Source: an uncultured Bacteroidales bacterium
GTDB lineage: Bacteria; Bacteroidota; Bacteroidia; Bacteroidales; JAADJA01
Assembly (NCBI GenBank): GCA_964386225.1
Contig: CAYLTG010000005.1
Location: 1,512 to 54,506, forward strand
DNA: 52,995 bases
Direction: 5' to 3'
A model generated the notes under the pieces. It was not told the origin of the DNA, searched no databases, and worked only from the letters and a program-made list of their open reading frames with translations. Shown here piece by piece: positions 18,972 through 28,136 of the stretch; positions within the stretch are counted from its first letter, which is position 1, and each line of letters begins with the position of its first letter. Position numbers and translations under genes: made by a program.

Positions 18972-21900
18972 TCAGTCGACCTTGATATAGGGTGTCCTGG
19001 CACTGTTAAGTTGATCGTTGAAAGCACTGATCTCTTTTTTGACGATCCCCCATCGATCCAGCCAGGCTTCGATCTCCGCTTCGAATCCCTCCTTCACCAT
19101 GACCATCTGCTCCGTCGGACGGTTGAAGCCCAGGTCGGCCAGGCTGCCCACATGCCCATATTTGTTATTGAGGCGGATGGGGAAGTTGAGCGGGTCCTGC
19201 GGGCTTTTGCTCTTCGTCTGGTAGAGGGCCTCCTCGATCGTGGTGCCCCGGCGGGTCAGGGTGTCGACCTGCGCCAGGAGAAGGGAGTCGGAGACCAGTT
19301 CCTTCAATGCGCCGAGCTTCTTCCGTACCTCCCGGATCTCCCGGATGGTGTTGTTTATCCTGTCCATGTTGTCGCGGATGTCGGCCAGGAAGTCATGCTG
19401 GGCCTGCAGGTCATCGATGCTTGCCGATACCCTCGGGTCCATCATCACCTCGAGCGGCACGGTCACCGTGTCCGGGCCGGCGATCAGCTGGGCCCGGTAG
19501 GTGCCCGGCACCACCCGGGGGCCGGATTGGAAGGCCCACCACAGGATCATCCCCTCCACGGGTTCGATGCCCGCGGTGCGCAGGTCCCAGATGAACCGGC
19601 CGGCCCCTTTTTCAGGGACCCATTTGTATGCTTCCCGCGCTGCGCGGCTGGAATAGCATGCCAGCACCTGTCCGTCCCGGTCCAGGAAACGCATGCGGTA
19701 TTCCATATTGGCAGTGTCGACCTCCTTGAGGTAGTAGTTGAGGATGGCCCCGTCGGGGTGGTTCTCCCCCTTCGTCTTCGATTTGCCGCCATAGCCTGCC
19801 GTCATCAACAGGGCGGGCTTGGGCCGGAAGAGGTGTGTCTCCTCTGACCAGCCGAAATCCAGCTCATACAGGGGGCTGATGTCGTCGATGATCCAGATGC
19901 TGCGGCCCTGGGTGCCTGCGATCAGGTGGCGGTCTTTTACCCGGAGGTCCGTGATGGGCACCAGCGGCAGGTTGTTCTGGAAGGGCTGCCAGCGCTTGCC
20001 ATTGTTGAACGATACATACAAGCCGTATTCGGTGCCAGCGAACAGCAGCCCTTCCCGGTTGGGGTCGGCGCGCACCACCCGTGTGAAATGGAGGCGGTCG
20101 ATGCCGTCGTCAATGCGGCTCCATGAACTGCCGTAATCGCTGGTGTGGTAGAGGTATGGAGTATTGTCGCCCCATTTGTACCGGGTGGCAGCCAGGTAGC
20201 AGCCGCCGGGGTGGAAGGGATCGGTTTCCATGCTGTTGATCTGCGTGAATTCGGGCAGGCCGGCAGGGGTGACATCGGTCCACGTGTCGCCGCCGTCGCG
20301 CGTGACATGGACCAGCCCGTCGTCGCTGCCGGTCCAGATGACACCCTGGTCATGCACCGACGGCACGGCCGCGAAGATGGTGCAGTAATACTCCACCGCG
20401 GTGTTGTCCTTGGTGATGGGACCTCCCGAGGGACCCTGCTTGGTGGTGTCGTCGGTCGTAAGGTCGGGGCTGATGGTCTCCCAGCTCCGCCCCTGGTCCC
20501 GGCTCACATGCACATGGTTGCTGAAGGCATAGAGCTCGGAAGGGTCGTGTGGCGAGATGAACATGGGGTAGTTCCACTGGAAACGGTATTTCATATCCTC
20601 CACGCCATGGCCCAGCGGGTTGTCGGGCCAAACATGGGTGGCCTGCATCTCGCTGGTGCGGTGGTCGTACCGCATCATGAACCCGCCGTATTCGCCGCCA
20701 TAGACCACTTCGTTGTTGGCCTCGATGGCATGGTGGCCGGCTTCGCCGCCGGCCGTCCGCTCCCAGTCGCCTTCTTCGATGAAGGCGCCGTCGGACCGGT
20801 GCAGGATGCGGATGGAGCTGTTGTCCTGTTGGGCGCCGTAAATGCGGAACGGGAAGTGGTCGTCGGTGGTGATCCGGTAGAACTGTGCCGTCGGCTGGTT
20901 GTAGTAGGTGGTCCAGTTCTCGCCGCCGTCAAAGCTCACCTGGGCTCCGCCGTCGTCGGCGATGATCATCCGCAGCGGGTCCTCGGGGGCGATCCAGAGA
21001 TCGTGGTGGTCGCCATGCGGCGCATAGTGCCGCGAAAAGGTCTTGCCGCCGTCTTTGCTCACATGGTAAAGGACGTTCATGACGTACATCCGCTCGGCGT
21101 CGGCCGGGTCGGCATAGATGCGCGAGTAATACCAGGCCCGCTGGCGGATGTTGCGTTCGTTGTTGACCAGCATCCAGCTCCGGCCCCCGTTGTCGGAGCG
21201 GTAGAGTCCTCCGTCGGGCTCGTTCTCCACGATGGCCCACACGCGCTCCGGGTTCGCCGGGCTGACGGTGATCCCGATGATGCCCAGGAGTCCCCTCGGG
21301 AATCCCGGGTTCTTCGACAGCTCGGTCCACGTGTTCCCCTCGTCGGTGCTCTTCCAGAGCTTCGATCCCTCGCCGCCGCTGCTGAAGGAGTAGGGGGTGC
21401 GCCGGAAGGTCCAGGTGGAGGCATAGAGGATGCGGGGATTCGACGGATCGAGGATGAGGTCGATGGCGCCGCTGCCGGCGTCCGCGTAAAGGACCTTGCT
21501 CCAGCTCTGGCCGCCGTCGGTGGTCTTGTAAACGCCCCTGAACTCGGAGTCCTTGAACAGGTCGCCCATGGCAGCCACATACACGATGTCGGGATCGCCG
21601 GGATGGATCCTGATCCTGCTGATGTGCCGTGTCTCCTTAAGTCCGGCGTGAGCCCAGGTCTTGCCGGCATCCTCCGACTTCCACATGCCGAACCCCGAGG
21701 AGACGTTGCCGCGGACGGTCTCTTCGCCCTCGCCCGCATAGATCACATTGTTGTCGGAGGTGCTGACGGCCATCGCACCGATGGAGCCTCCGAAAAAGCC
21801 GTCGGAAATGTTCTCCCAGCTGTTGCCCGCATCCGTGGTGCGCCACACACCGCCGCCCGTGGCCCCGAAGTAGTACAGGTTGGGTTTGCCGGGTACGCCG

Positions 21901-22067
21901 GTGACGGCGGCCGACCGGCCCCCGCGGAAGGGCCCGATGTTGCGCCAGGTCATGGATTTCAGGTAGTCGGCCGCGATGGTGTCGGCGGCCGGGTGCTTCT
22001 TCTGTCCGGAAACGGGCCCGGGGGCCAGCATCATAAGGGCAAAACCAAGGGCGAAAAGTTTCTTCAT
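18972..22067 (-). CDS. Sortilin/VPS10-like BNR (Asp-box) double beta-propeller protein, secreted
   Basis: Repeated Asp-box motifs: RTTDAGNSWENI, KSEDAGKTWAH, KTTDGGQSWSKV, KSTDEGNTWTEL, RSDNGGRSWM, VSKDGGKTFS, VSRDQGRSWETI, VTRDGGDTWTDV, HTSDYGSSWSRI. I chose the start at MKKLFALGFALMMLAPGPVSGQ (CAT 22065-22067). The track's longer 22283 start would overlap the TonB receptor gene and carries no signal peptide. Confidence 0.8.
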   Translation of the reverse strand: MKKLFALGFALMMLAPGPVSGQKKHPAADTIAADYLKSMTWRNIGPFRGGRSAAVTGVPGKPNLYYFGATGGGVWRTTDAGNSWENISDGFFGGSIGAMAVSTSDNNVIYAGEGEETVRGNVSSGFGMWKSEDAGKTWAHAGLKETRHISRIRIHPGDPDIVYVAAMGDLFKDSEFRGVYKTTDGGQSWSKVLYADAGSGAIDLILDPSNPRILYASTWTFRRTPYSFSSGGEGSKLWKSTDEGNTWTELSKNPGFPRGLLGIIGITVSPANPERVWAIVENEPDGGLYRSDNGGRSWMLVNNERNIRQRAWYYSRIYADPADAERMYVMNVLYHVSKDGGKTFSRHYAPHGDHHDLWIAPEDPLRMIIADDGGAQVSFDGGENWTTYYNQPTAQFYRITTDDHFPFRIYGAQQDNSSIRILHRSDGAFIEEGDWERTAGGEAGHHAIEANNEVVYGGEYGGFMMRYDHRTSEMQATHVWPDNPLGHGVEDMKYRFQWNYPMFISPHDPSELYAFSNHVHVSRDQGRSWETISPDLTTDDTTKQGPSGGPITKDNTAVEYYCTIFAAVPSVHDQGVIWTGSDDGLVHVTRDGGDTWTDVTPAGLPEFTQINSMETDPFHPGGCYLAATRYKWGDNTPYLYHTSDYGSSWSRIDDGIDRLHFTRVVRADPNREGLLFAGTEYGLYVSFNNGKRWQPFQNNLPLVPITDLRVKDRHLIAGTQGRSIWIIDDISPLYELDFGWSEETHLFRPKPALLMTAGYGGKSKTKGENHPDGAILNYYLKEVDTANMEYRMRFLDRDGQVLACYSSRAAREAYKWVPEKGAGRFIWDLRTAGIEPVEGMILWWAFQSGPRVVPGTYRAQLIAGPDTVTVPLEVMMDPRVSASIDDLQAQHDFLADIRDNMDRINNTIREIREVRKKLGALKELVSDSLLLAQVDTLTRRGTTIEEALYQTKSKSPQDPLNFPIRLNNKYGHVGSLADLGFNRPTEQMVMVKEGFEAEIEAWLDRWGIVKKEISAFNDQLNSARTPYIKVD

Positions 22068-22135
22068 GATCGGTCGTCTTTGTTTTTGTGGACCAGGGGG
22101 CCCGGTCGGAGGTTCATGGTGTTTGATTTGCCGTG

Positions 22136-22143
22136 CAAAAATA
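22136..22143 (-). promoter_or_regulatory. -7 box (plus strand CAAAAATA = TATTTTTG on the minus strand) upstream of the BNR gene
   Basis: Exact TAnnTTTG match 69 nt upstream of the ATG at 22067. It supports the shorter start. Confidence 0.3.
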
Positions 22144-22230
22144 CAACAATCTGTCGAACGGACGGATCTATGTAGAACCGTTTTAAATAGATGATGTGTT
22201 CCGGAGACCGGGCAAAGCCGGGGATTTACC

Positions 22231-24495
22231 TCAAAACGTGACCTGTAACTGCAGGGTGATGTTCCGGGGCGGCTGGATGTCACCCGGCCTGCCCATGTAT
22301 TCCCTGTTCAGGATATTCCTGGCCACCAGCGACAGCCGGGCAGCTTCCATCACCTGGTAGGCAACCCGGAGGTCCAGGACCGCATCGCCCCGGTCGTGCT
22401 CCAGGCGGTAATCTTTTAGCCCCGGGAAGATCTCGACCCCCAGGATCCGCTCCTCGAAGGCGGCATCGATCCGTTCCATGAAACTGTTGTAGGTCAGGGT
22501 GACGCCGGCGGAGAACCGGCCGGGGTTGATCTCCACGTCGCCCTTCACCGAGTGGCGGTAGCGGTATTTCAGGATATCGTTCTCAAGGGTGTCGGCCGAA
22601 AGGTCGACGGGGTTCATCCAGGTATAGCCGGCAAAGAAGATGACGGGCACGCGGCCCGCTTTTCCGGCCCCCGAGAAGCTGATATCGAAGCCGTTGATGC
22701 GGGCCTCTCCCACGTTCAGGGATTTGAAGCCGAGGTTGTCGATGGTGGGCACCTGCGTGCTGTCATCGAGCCATACGCCGAAAGTGAATTCGATCATCTC
22801 GCGGTATTCGGTCCAGAAAGCGGCCACATCGACGAGCCCTTTCCAGGAGCCAAGCTCGAAGCCCTGCCTGGCACCCGCCTCGGCACTCCAGCCGGTCTCG
22901 GGCTGCAGGACCGGGTTGGGGAATACGTTCAGGCTCCCCACGGTGGTGGCGGTGTATTTCTCGGCAATGGACGGAAAACGGTAGCCCTGCCCGAAGGAGG
23001 CCCGCAGGAAGGTGGACCTGCTCGCCTTGTAGTTCATTCCCACCCTGACCACCGGGCTGCTCTCCCGGTCGGTGTCGTCGAGGGTGTAGCGTTCCCAGCG
23101 CAGCCCGGCGGAGGCCGACAGCCGGCGCGAGAACCTGTAATCAAGCTGGGTAAAGATGGCCACATTGGAGTTGTAATGGTCCCCGTAGAGGTTGGCGTCG
23201 GTCACACCATACATGCCCATCAGCCCTGCGGTCAGGTCCAGCTTCTCGCGGATCTGCCGGTAGAACTGGTATTCGCCATAATACATGTCGGACCCGTTGT
23301 CCTTCTCCGGATCCTCGGCGAAACGGTTGGATACCCTGTAGAACCGGGTCCGCAGGTTGTGGCGGTTGCCATGGCCGTCGAAGAAGCTGGCCCACGGGTC
23401 GGCATGGAAGCGGAAGCCACGCGTTGGGGTGATGGCGCCGGGGTTCTGCAGGAACGCGCCGGAATCGGCATCCTGCCAGATGAGGAAATCGGAGCTGTTC
23501 TGCCACTGGATGTTGCTGTTGAGCCCGTAGGTGAGCCCATGCACGCCCCCGGGCCGGTGACGGAACTTGATGTTGGCCCTGATCCGTTCTTCGTAGTTCT
23601 CTTCGCGGTACCCTTCGTCCTTGTACACATTGGCCCCGGCCACAACGTCGAACTCGCCAAGCCGGTGGGCCGTGGAGAAGCTTCCCCCGGTGAAGTAGGG
23701 GGGGCGGTCCCACCACCATGACATCTCATCCCGCCCGGGTCTGGAATAGAGTCCGCCGAAAAGGGTGATCCTGGTTTCGGGCTCCTCGCCGGGCCAGGCG
23801 GTAAGGATGTTGATGACCCCGTTCAGGGCCGAAGATCCGTATAACGAAGAGGACGCGCCTTTCAGGACCTCCACCCGGTCGATGTTTTCCACGGGCAGGA
23901 AATTCCATTTCACCTCGTTGACGTCGGCCGTGAGCATGGGCATGTCGTCGACCATCAACTGCACGCGGCTGCCCGCACCGTAGCTGTAGCCGCTGCCGCC
24001 GCGGATGCTGGCCTGTCCGTCGAGGATGTCGATCCCGGGCATCTTCTGGATGGCAGTCTCCAGGTTGACGGTGTTGGTGTTCTCGATGAAGCCCGCCCGG
24101 AGGATCTCCATGGAGACAGTGACGTCAGAGAGGTCCTGACGGTATTTGCCGGCGGTGATCACCGCAGTGCCCAGCTCGAATTGCCTTATGCTTAAACCCA
24201 CATCCAGAACGAGCGTGTCGCCGGCGGTCAACTCCACCCGGCGTAACTCTTCCCTGAAACCGATGTACCGGAAGCTCAGGGAGTGCGCCCCGGCAGGAAG
24301 CCGCAGCGCATAGCGCCCGTCGGTGTCGGTGGAAACGACGACAAGGCTGTCGGCCACCACATTGACCCCGACAAGGGGTTCATTACTGACTGCATCGGTC
24401 ACCAGGCCGGTCACGGCGGACTCCTGGCACAGAGCCCCCGAACCCCACATGAACAGGATGGCCAGCAAGGACAGATGCCCGGTGAACGATCTCAT
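22231..24495 (-). CDS. TonB-dependent receptor with N-terminal carboxypeptidase-regulatory-like domain
   Basis: VTGLVTDAVSNEPLVGVNVVADSLVVVSTDTDGRYALRLPAGAHSLSFRYIGF (CarboxypepD_reg). Plug region: IQKMPGIDILDGQASIRGGSGYSYGAGSRVQLMVDDMPM ... ENIDRVEVLKGASSSLYGSSALNGVINILT. Long beta-barrel ending ITLQLQVTF. Confidence 0.85.
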   Translation of the reverse strand: MRSFTGHLSLLAILFMWGSGALCQESAVTGLVTDAVSNEPLVGVNVVADSLVVVSTDTDGRYALRLPAGAHSLSFRYIGFREELRRVELTAGDTLVLDVGLSIRQFELGTAVITAGKYRQDLSDVTVSMEILRAGFIENTNTVNLETAIQKMPGIDILDGQASIRGGSGYSYGAGSRVQLMVDDMPMLTADVNEVKWNFLPVENIDRVEVLKGASSSLYGSSALNGVINILTAWPGEEPETRITLFGGLYSRPGRDEMSWWWDRPPYFTGGSFSTAHRLGEFDVVAGANVYKDEGYREENYEERIRANIKFRHRPGGVHGLTYGLNSNIQWQNSSDFLIWQDADSGAFLQNPGAITPTRGFRFHADPWASFFDGHGNRHNLRTRFYRVSNRFAEDPEKDNGSDMYYGEYQFYRQIREKLDLTAGLMGMYGVTDANLYGDHYNSNVAIFTQLDYRFSRRLSASAGLRWERYTLDDTDRESSPVVRVGMNYKASRSTFLRASFGQGYRFPSIAEKYTATTVGSLNVFPNPVLQPETGWSAEAGARQGFELGSWKGLVDVAAFWTEYREMIEFTFGVWLDDSTQVPTIDNLGFKSLNVGEARINGFDISFSGAGKAGRVPVIFFAGYTWMNPVDLSADTLENDILKYRYRHSVKGDVEINPGRFSAGVTLTYNSFMERIDAAFEERILGVEIFPGLKDYRLEHDRGDAVLDLRVAYQVMEAARLSLVARNILNREYMGRPGDIQPPRNITLQLQVTF

Positions 24496-24531
24496 GGTAT
24501 AATTAAACGGAGAAGATTGATTGCAATTTAC

Positions 24532-25305
24532 TTAGTTTGAGCGTACGATCCTTTGGGTGTAGGCCCCGGCGCTGTTGCGCAACTTCAACAGGTACACACC
24601 GGGATGCAGGTCGGCGCCCGGCAGGCTGAAGGTTTCGTCCTCCCTGGTGATGAGTATTCTGGTGCTTCGTATAAGCTGGCCCGTCAGGGTGTAAAGCTCC
24701 AGGAATGCCTCGCCACGCTCAGCTTTCTGGATCTGTATGTCGATCGCTTCGCTGAAGGGGTTCGGGAAACAGGTGAATCCGGGTGCATGGGTGAACCGCC
24801 GGTCTCCGATGCCATTGGGATCTGTGACGTTGATCACCAGGGAGGTGGAATCGGCTACGGTGGCCACGTAGATGGGGGGTGAGCCAAAGATCCCGGGCAG
24901 ATAGACATCCACTACGATCTTAAGCGGAAATTCCCCTTTTTGGGTTGGGGTACCTTCAAGAAGCACGCAATAATAGGTGCCCACATTGAATACACTGTCC
25001 TGGGCATTGGATACCCACGTGATCCCCGGAGGCATGTTGTCGATGCTTTTCAGGGTGATATGATGAAGCTCGAAGACAATGCCGGCTGAGCTGTCAAGAA
25101 CATATTCGGGAGGGGCGATAATGGTGAACTCCTGGCTGTAGAGCTCGTTCAGTAGGGCATTGGGCAGGGTTTCAGGACAGATCTGGCCGTTGTTCTCCGG
25201 GTCGGGGCAGGTGGTCTCATCACCCGGGGTGCACTGGGCGGAAAGTGTCACCGGGAAGGCCAGCAGAAAAATGGCGAGGGCAGCGTGCGTCAGTATCCTT
25301 TTCAT
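24532..25305 (-). CDS. Small secreted protein with T9SS C-terminal sorting domain, 36 nt upstream of the TonB receptor gene
   Basis: The start is taken at MKRILTHAALAIFLLAFPVTLSAQ (CAT 25303-25305). T9SS tail: CFPNPFSEAIDIQIQKAERGEAFLELYTLTGQLI...GVYLLKLRNSAGAYTQRIVRSN. The N-terminal ~170 aa is Ig-like but unassigned. Confidence 0.65.
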   Translation of the reverse strand: MKRILTHAALAIFLLAFPVTLSAQCTPGDETTCPDPENNGQICPETLPNALLNELYSQEFTIIAPPEYVLDSSAGIVFELHHITLKSIDNMPPGITWVSNAQDSVFNVGTYYCVLLEGTPTQKGEFPLKIVVDVYLPGIFGSPPIYVATVADSTSLVINVTDPNGIGDRRFTHAPGFTCFPNPFSEAIDIQIQKAERGEAFLELYTLTGQLIRSTRILITREDETFSLPGADLHPGVYLLKLRNSAGAYTQRIVRSN

Positions 25306-25320
25306 AAGAGCAGTTTTGAC

Positions 25321-25328
25321 CAAAGATA
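25321..25328 (-). promoter_or_regulatory. -7 box (plus strand CAAAGATA = TATCTTTG on the minus strand) for the T9SS-protein/TonB-receptor pair
   Basis: Exact TAnnTTTG match, but only 16 nt from the ATG at 25305. That would imply a very short leader. Confidence 0.2.
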
Positions 25329-25486
25329 CAATTTTATCCGGGCGCCTGTGAAGATGCCCCCGAAAATGTGGGTATGGCAGGCCCCGCATGGCGTCCGGGG
25401 TGCCGATGGGAAGTCCCGGCGGACGGTTTGCAACCCGGAGGGCATTTTTTGTTGGACGGACAGCTTCATGTATGACGATATTTAAA

Positions 25487-25494
25487 TATATTTG
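25487..25494 (+). promoter_or_regulatory. -7 box (TATATTTG) upstream of the first beta-propeller gene of the cluster
   Basis: Exact TAnnTTTG match 60 nt upstream of the ATG at 25554, in an AT-rich stretch. The nearest TTTG (25448-25451) is too far away for a canonical -33 element. Confidence 0.35.
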
Positions 25495-25553
25495 TCTGGC
25501 TTTCTTATGTAAGTAATTTGATTGTTTTGTCAGAAATCCTATAATCTATCCAT

Positions 25554-26765
25554 ATGAAGAATCTATTATCTGTATCCTTACTGATCCTCTTAATGAGTGT
25601 TTCAATGGCCCAGCAGCATGTGCAGTGGCGGGGCGAGCACCGCGATGGCATTTATCCCGGCGAAGGCCTTCTTGAGTCATGGCCCGAAGGGGGGCCCGAA
25701 CTGGTGTGGTACTACGAGGGCATCGGCGATGGCCATTCCTCCGCGACAGTGACCGAAGATGCCATTTATACATCGGGTATGCTCGACGGCATGGGCCATG
25801 TGTTTGCATTCGACCATAAAGGGAGCCTCCTGTGGAAAACGGCATACGGGAAAGAATGGGACGAGAGCTGGAACGGGGTCAGGACAACCCCCATGCTCTA
25901 CGATGGCAAGCTGTTCATCATGAGTTCCTTCGGAAGGCTGGTGCGGCTGGATGCCTCCAACGGCTCCACCGACTGGACCATCGACCTGCACGAGCGCTAT
26001 GACGGTCGCAATATCAAGTGGGGGGTCACCGAGAACCTGTTGCTGGAGGATGGAAAGCTTTTCGTCACGCTGGGCGGGGAACAGAACAATGTGATCGCCC
26101 TGGACCCGGATACGGGCGAAATGATATGGAGCTGTCCCGGGAATGGGGAGATCAGTGCCTACCATTCGCCGGCCGTGTTTGATCACGGCGGAAGGGCCAT
26201 CCTGGTCACCCAGACCCAGAACTCCATCCTGGGGATCGATGCCGCGACAGGCGGGTTGCTATGGTCGTTCGAACACATCAACCAGTGGTCGGTGCAGCCA
26301 AATACCGCCCTCTATCGCGATGGGCTGGTCTACGTGGTCAGCGGTTACGGGAAAGGCGGCGTGCAGCTCAGGCTGTCGGCCGACGGATCCTCCATCACCG
26401 AGGTGTGGCGCGACGAGAACATCGACAACCAGATGGGCGGTGTGGTCCTTCTCGGGGACCGGCTCTATGGTTCAGGCCAGAAGAACAAGAAGCTCTTCTG
26501 TCTCGACTGGAATACGGGCGAGGTATTGTACAGCACCTCCGACGTACAGCGGTCCACCACCATCGCTGCCGGCGGCCTTCTATACTGTTACGACGACCGG
26601 GGGACGGTCGCCCTGGTGAAGCCCGGGGATGGTTCCTTCGAGGTGGTCGGCTCCTTCGAGGTGACCCGGGGTGAGAACCAGCACTGGGCCCACCTGGTGA
26701 TCCACGATGCGCGGCTCTATGTCAGGCATGGCAACGCACTGATGGTCTACGACATCGGGAAATAG
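25554..26765 (+). CDS. Exported PQQ-like/BamB-type beta-propeller repeat protein, paralog 1
   Basis: 403 aa with signal peptide LLSVSLLILLMSVSMAQQ. Family N-terminal motif: QWRGEHRDGIYPGEGLLESWPEGGPELVWYY. Repeated blade pattern (AIYTSGMLDGMGHVFAFDHKGSLLWK, GKLFIMSSFGRLVRLDASNGSTDWT, ...ARLYVRHGNALMVYDI). Confidence 0.8.
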   Translation: MKNLLSVSLLILLMSVSMAQQHVQWRGEHRDGIYPGEGLLESWPEGGPELVWYYEGIGDGHSSATVTEDAIYTSGMLDGMGHVFAFDHKGSLLWKTAYGKEWDESWNGVRTTPMLYDGKLFIMSSFGRLVRLDASNGSTDWTIDLHERYDGRNIKWGVTENLLLEDGKLFVTLGGEQNNVIALDPDTGEMIWSCPGNGEISAYHSPAVFDHGGRAILVTQTQNSILGIDAATGGLLWSFEHINQWSVQPNTALYRDGLVYVVSGYGKGGVQLRLSADGSSITEVWRDENIDNQMGGVVLLGDRLYGSGQKNKKLFCLDWNTGEVLYSTSDVQRSTTIAAGGLLYCYDDRGTVALVKPGDGSFEVVGSFEVTRGENQHWAHLVIHDARLYVRHGNALMVYDIGK

Positions 26766-26784
26766 TGGCCGCAGCTGCGGCCAC
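26765..26784. other. Perfect 20-bp GC-rich palindrome (GTGGCCGCAGCTGCGGCCAC) overlapping the stop codon of paralog 1
   Basis: Read directly; the sequence is exactly self-complementary. No U-run follows, so it is not a canonical intrinsic terminator. An AT-rich stretch with a near -7 box (catatttg) follows before paralog 2. Confidence 0.8.
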
Positions 26785-26872
26785 GGCCCGCGGCGGACCT
26801 GTCGTTGCCATAATATATATTGATTCTTATCGAATTTAGGATCATATTTGCCACAGGTAAATAAATCAAGCT

Positions 26873-28126
26873 ATGAGATATTCCATTCTTGCAATTCTGT
26901 TCCTGCTTGCCTCCCACCTGCTGACAGCACAAGTGGTCAGCGAATGGCGCGGCCATGGCAGGACCGGTGTATATGCTGATGAAACGGGCCTGCTGACCTC
27001 CTGGCCGGAGGGCGGGCCTGAGCTGCTGTGGGTGGCGGAGGGCCTCCCCAACGGGTACTCCTCGGTGGCCGTGGCGCACAACACGGTTTTTTTCACCGGT
27101 CTCGTCGATGAGATGGATGCGCTGGTCGCTGTCGGGATGGGCGGGGCCCTCAAATGGATGACACCCTACGGCAGGGCCTGGGATGACTCCTATAACCCCA
27201 GCCGGTGCACCCCCACGATTGATGGCGACAGGGCTTACGTCTCCAGCGGCCTCGGAGATGTCGCATGCATCAATGCCCACTCGGGAGAGCTGATCTGGTC
27301 CGTGAAGGCGAGCGAGGAATATGAAGGGACATTCGGGAAATGGGGAGTGGCGGAATCGCTCCTGGTCCTGGACGACCGGGTGTTCTTTACCCCGGGCGGC
27401 AGCAAGACCACCATGATCGCCATGGACAAGTTGACCGGGGAAGTGCTCTGGGAATCGGTGAGCCTTGACGACAAGCCCTCCTATACGTCGCCGCTCCTGG
27501 TCCACTGGGCCGATACGGTCACCGTCGTCAATGTCACCGAGAACTACGTCCTCGGCGCCGACCCGATGACAGGGGTGATCCGGTGGACCTTTGATTTCGG
27601 CCAGTTTGCCGGAGGCGAATGGAAGTCAAACAACCAGACCAACACGCCCCTGTTCCGCGACGGCAGGATGTACGTCACAAGTGGCTACGACCACCGGGGC
27701 GTGCAGATAGAGATCTCGCCCAGGAACGACGATGCCTGGTTCGTATGGGTCGACTCCACCCTGGATGTCCATATCGGGGGGGTGGTCAGGATCGGGGAAT
27801 ATATCTACGGTGCATCCTGGAAAGGGAACCGCGACGGCAATTGGGTATGCCTCGACTGGTCCACCGGAAAGGTGATGTACGATCACCACTGGGAGAACAA
27901 AGGTTCCATCATCAGTGCCGACGGCATGCTCTATTGCTATGAGGAGAAAAACGGCAATATGGCACTGGTCAGGCCCACGCCCGATGGCTTTGAGATGGTC
28001 AGCTCGTTCGAGGTCGTTCACGGCAAAGGACCCCACTGGTCGCACCCTGTGATCCGCGACGGCGTCCTCTATGTCCGGCATGGGGAAGCCTTGATGGCCT
28101 ATTCGGTGAAAGCCACTACTGAATAA
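26873..28126 (+). CDS. Exported PQQ-like/BamB-type beta-propeller repeat protein, paralog 2
   Basis: 417 aa with signal ILAILFLLASHLLTAQ. EWRGHGRTGVYADETGLLTSWPEGGPELLWVA. Collinear with paralog 1 down to the C-terminal HWSHPVIRDGVLYVRHGEALMAYSV. Confidence 0.8.
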   Translation: MRYSILAILFLLASHLLTAQVVSEWRGHGRTGVYADETGLLTSWPEGGPELLWVAEGLPNGYSSVAVAHNTVFFTGLVDEMDALVAVGMGGALKWMTPYGRAWDDSYNPSRCTPTIDGDRAYVSSGLGDVACINAHSGELIWSVKASEEYEGTFGKWGVAESLLVLDDRVFFTPGGSKTTMIAMDKLTGEVLWESVSLDDKPSYTSPLLVHWADTVTVVNVTENYVLGADPMTGVIRWTFDFGQFAGGEWKSNNQTNTPLFRDGRMYVTSGYDHRGVQIEISPRNDDAWFVWVDSTLDVHIGGVVRIGEYIYGASWKGNRDGNWVCLDWSTGKVMYDHHWENKGSIISADGMLYCYEEKNGNMALVRPTPDGFEMVSSFEVVHGKGPHWSHPVIRDGVLYVRHGEALMAYSVKATTE

Positions 28127-28136
28127 TCAATTCCAT

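Noticed and set aside
20145-22175. 676-aa plus-strand ORF opposite the sortilin/BNR gene
   Set aside because: It is a shadow ORF. The minus-strand frame carries nine Asp-box repeats, while the plus-strand product is low-complexity Gly/Ala/Val/Arg-rich.
22068-22283. N-terminal extension of the BNR gene to the 22283 start given in the ORF track
   Set aside because: The extension overlaps the 3' end of the TonB receptor gene and precedes the obvious signal peptide (MKKLFALGFALMMLAPGPVSGQ). It also contains the TAnnTTTG box at 22136-22143, so the start at 22067 is preferred.
25395-25446. Cobalamin-riboswitch-like fragments (GGTGCC ... GGGAAG ... GCAAC) near a TonB receptor operon
   Set aside because: Only short fragments resemble the consensus. 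The GGTGAAAATCC-type segment, the CCCGC.ACTGT segment and the B12 box are absent. The orientation is also opposite to the TonB receptor operon.
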